DNA from: an uncultured Lachnospiraceae bacterium
GTDB taxonomy: Bacteria > Bacillota > Clostridia > Lachnospirales > Lachnospiraceae
NCBI GenBank assembly: GCA_934394565.1
Contig: CAKRQV010000002.1
Coordinates: 16,792-80,791, forward strand
Direction: 5' to 3'
Length of the DNA: 64,000 nt
Below are positions 63,263 to 64,000 of this stretch, in pieces (the stretch's first letter is position 1; each line of letters begins with the position of its first letter). The notes under the pieces were generated by a model that had not been told where the DNA came from, did no database searches, and worked only from the letters and a program-made list of their open reading frames with translations. A program made the position numbers and the translations under genes.

Positions 63263-64000
63263 CTATGCCTCTGCACCTGACGTCTGCGGCTGTTCTTTAT
63301 GCAGCAGTTTGTCATACAGTTCCCTCAGGCAGTCCTGCCAGGTTTTCTTTTCCACATCCTCTGTAAGCACCAGCTCCATTTGTCCAATCTGCTGTCCCTG
63401 CAGAGTATATATGACTTTTCCCACGCTGTCGCCCTTCTGCAGCGGTGCTGTAAGCTCTTCCGAAAACTGATATGTCTTTTCAACAGCAGATATATCTGAT
63501 TTTTTCGTATCCAGCCAGGTAAAATCCTGCGGCATCCGGGCCTGATAGCTGCCCCTTTTTGCCCCGGCAATTTGCGGGCATTCCACAGTCTGCGCAGAAT
63601 CTGTATACAGATGACAGAGACCAAAGCCATATGTCAGGAGGGATGCCGCATCTCTAAACCGTTCTTTGGATGTCTCGCCGCCAAGGATCACAGCAATCAT
63701 TGTCAGGTCATCCCTTTTGGCCACTTCGCTGACACAATAGCCCGCCCGCGAGGTACTGCCAGTTTTCAGTCCGATACATCCATCGTAGCTACGCAGTAAC
63801 TTATTAGTATTCGTCAATGTAAAGGTGCTGTCCCCACGACGGGTATGATGGGTAATATCCTCCATCCATACAGTTGAATATCCAAAAAGCTCCGGGAAAC
63901 GAAGAACCAGCTCCCGGGATACCACGGCAATATCTCCTGCAGACATATAATGTGCTGCATCATCCGTCAGACCACAGCAGTCCACAAAATGGGTATGTTC
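63263..64000 (-). CDS. Serine-type D-Ala-D-Ala carboxypeptidase, 3' part only (the N-terminus lies beyond the window end)
   Basis: It has the KTG motif (LKTGSTSRAG) and a PBP5 C-terminal beta domain. The reading frame is open to the window edge. Confidence 0.75.
   Translation of the reverse strand, partial: EHTHFVDCCGLTDDAAHYMSAGDIAVVSRELVLRFPELFGYSTVWMEDITHHTRRGDSTFTLTNTNKLLRSYDGCIGLKTGSTSRAGYCVSEVAKRDDLTMIAVILGGETSKERFRDAASLLTYGFGLCHLYTDSAQTVECPQIAGAKRGSYQARMPQDFTWLDTKKSDISAVEKTYQFSEELTAPLQKGDSVGKVIYTLQGQQIGQMELVLTEDVEKKTWQDCLRELYDKLLHKEQPQTSGAEA

Overview
This 64 kb window reads as a chromosomal segment from a Gram-positive anaerobe, probably Clostridia and Lachnospiraceae-like. That placement is inferred from GGAGG-type ribosome binding sites, lipoprotein lipoboxes and gene content. 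Nearly all genes are on the minus strand, in tightly packed and often overlapping operons.

Genes I recognise:
- larC-larB plus an M64 metallopeptidase
- yceD-rpmF and pta-ackA
- tmcAL and a C69 dipeptidase
- a stand-alone tRNA-Leu
- a 1305-aa hybrid sensor kinase, CapA, aroK, and a DtxR-family regulator
- an 8-gene operon: an AprA/AprB-like flavoprotein and ferredoxin, an M42 peptidase, and a peptide-type ABC importer
- NlpC/P60, and GntR, LysR and ArsR regulators
- a GH13 glucosidase
- rpiR-flavoprotein-cmk-ispH-rpsA
- a PucR-linked cluster of two UroD/MtaA-like zinc methyltransferases with a COG0523 GTPase
- a Na+-pump biotin decarboxylase operon
- glpK
- a cobalamin-riboswitch-controlled BtuFCD-type operon with three unusual surface proteins
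- two DD-carboxypeptidases, scpAB, and a metallophosphoesterase

I saw no CRISPR array, rRNA, prophage, or complete IS element.

Best candidates for undescribed biology:
1. The B12-riboswitch operon. It encodes a lipoprotein CbiK homolog and two paralogous proteins of unknown domain upstream of btuFCD, a possible Gram-positive surface corrinoid-capture system.
2. The methyltransferase / truncated COG0523 GTPase / orphan 150-aa protein / methyltransferase cluster, which has no corrinoid protein.
3. The AprAB-like oxidoreductase coupled to an M42 peptidase and a peptide ABC importer.
4. Several families of long intergenic hairpins and dispersed repeats, including a 272-bp palindromic element with perfect 47-bp arms.
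5. A tRNA-Leu that reads as anticodon AAG (A34).

All functional calls rest on motifs read by eye from the supplied translations. No database search was possible.
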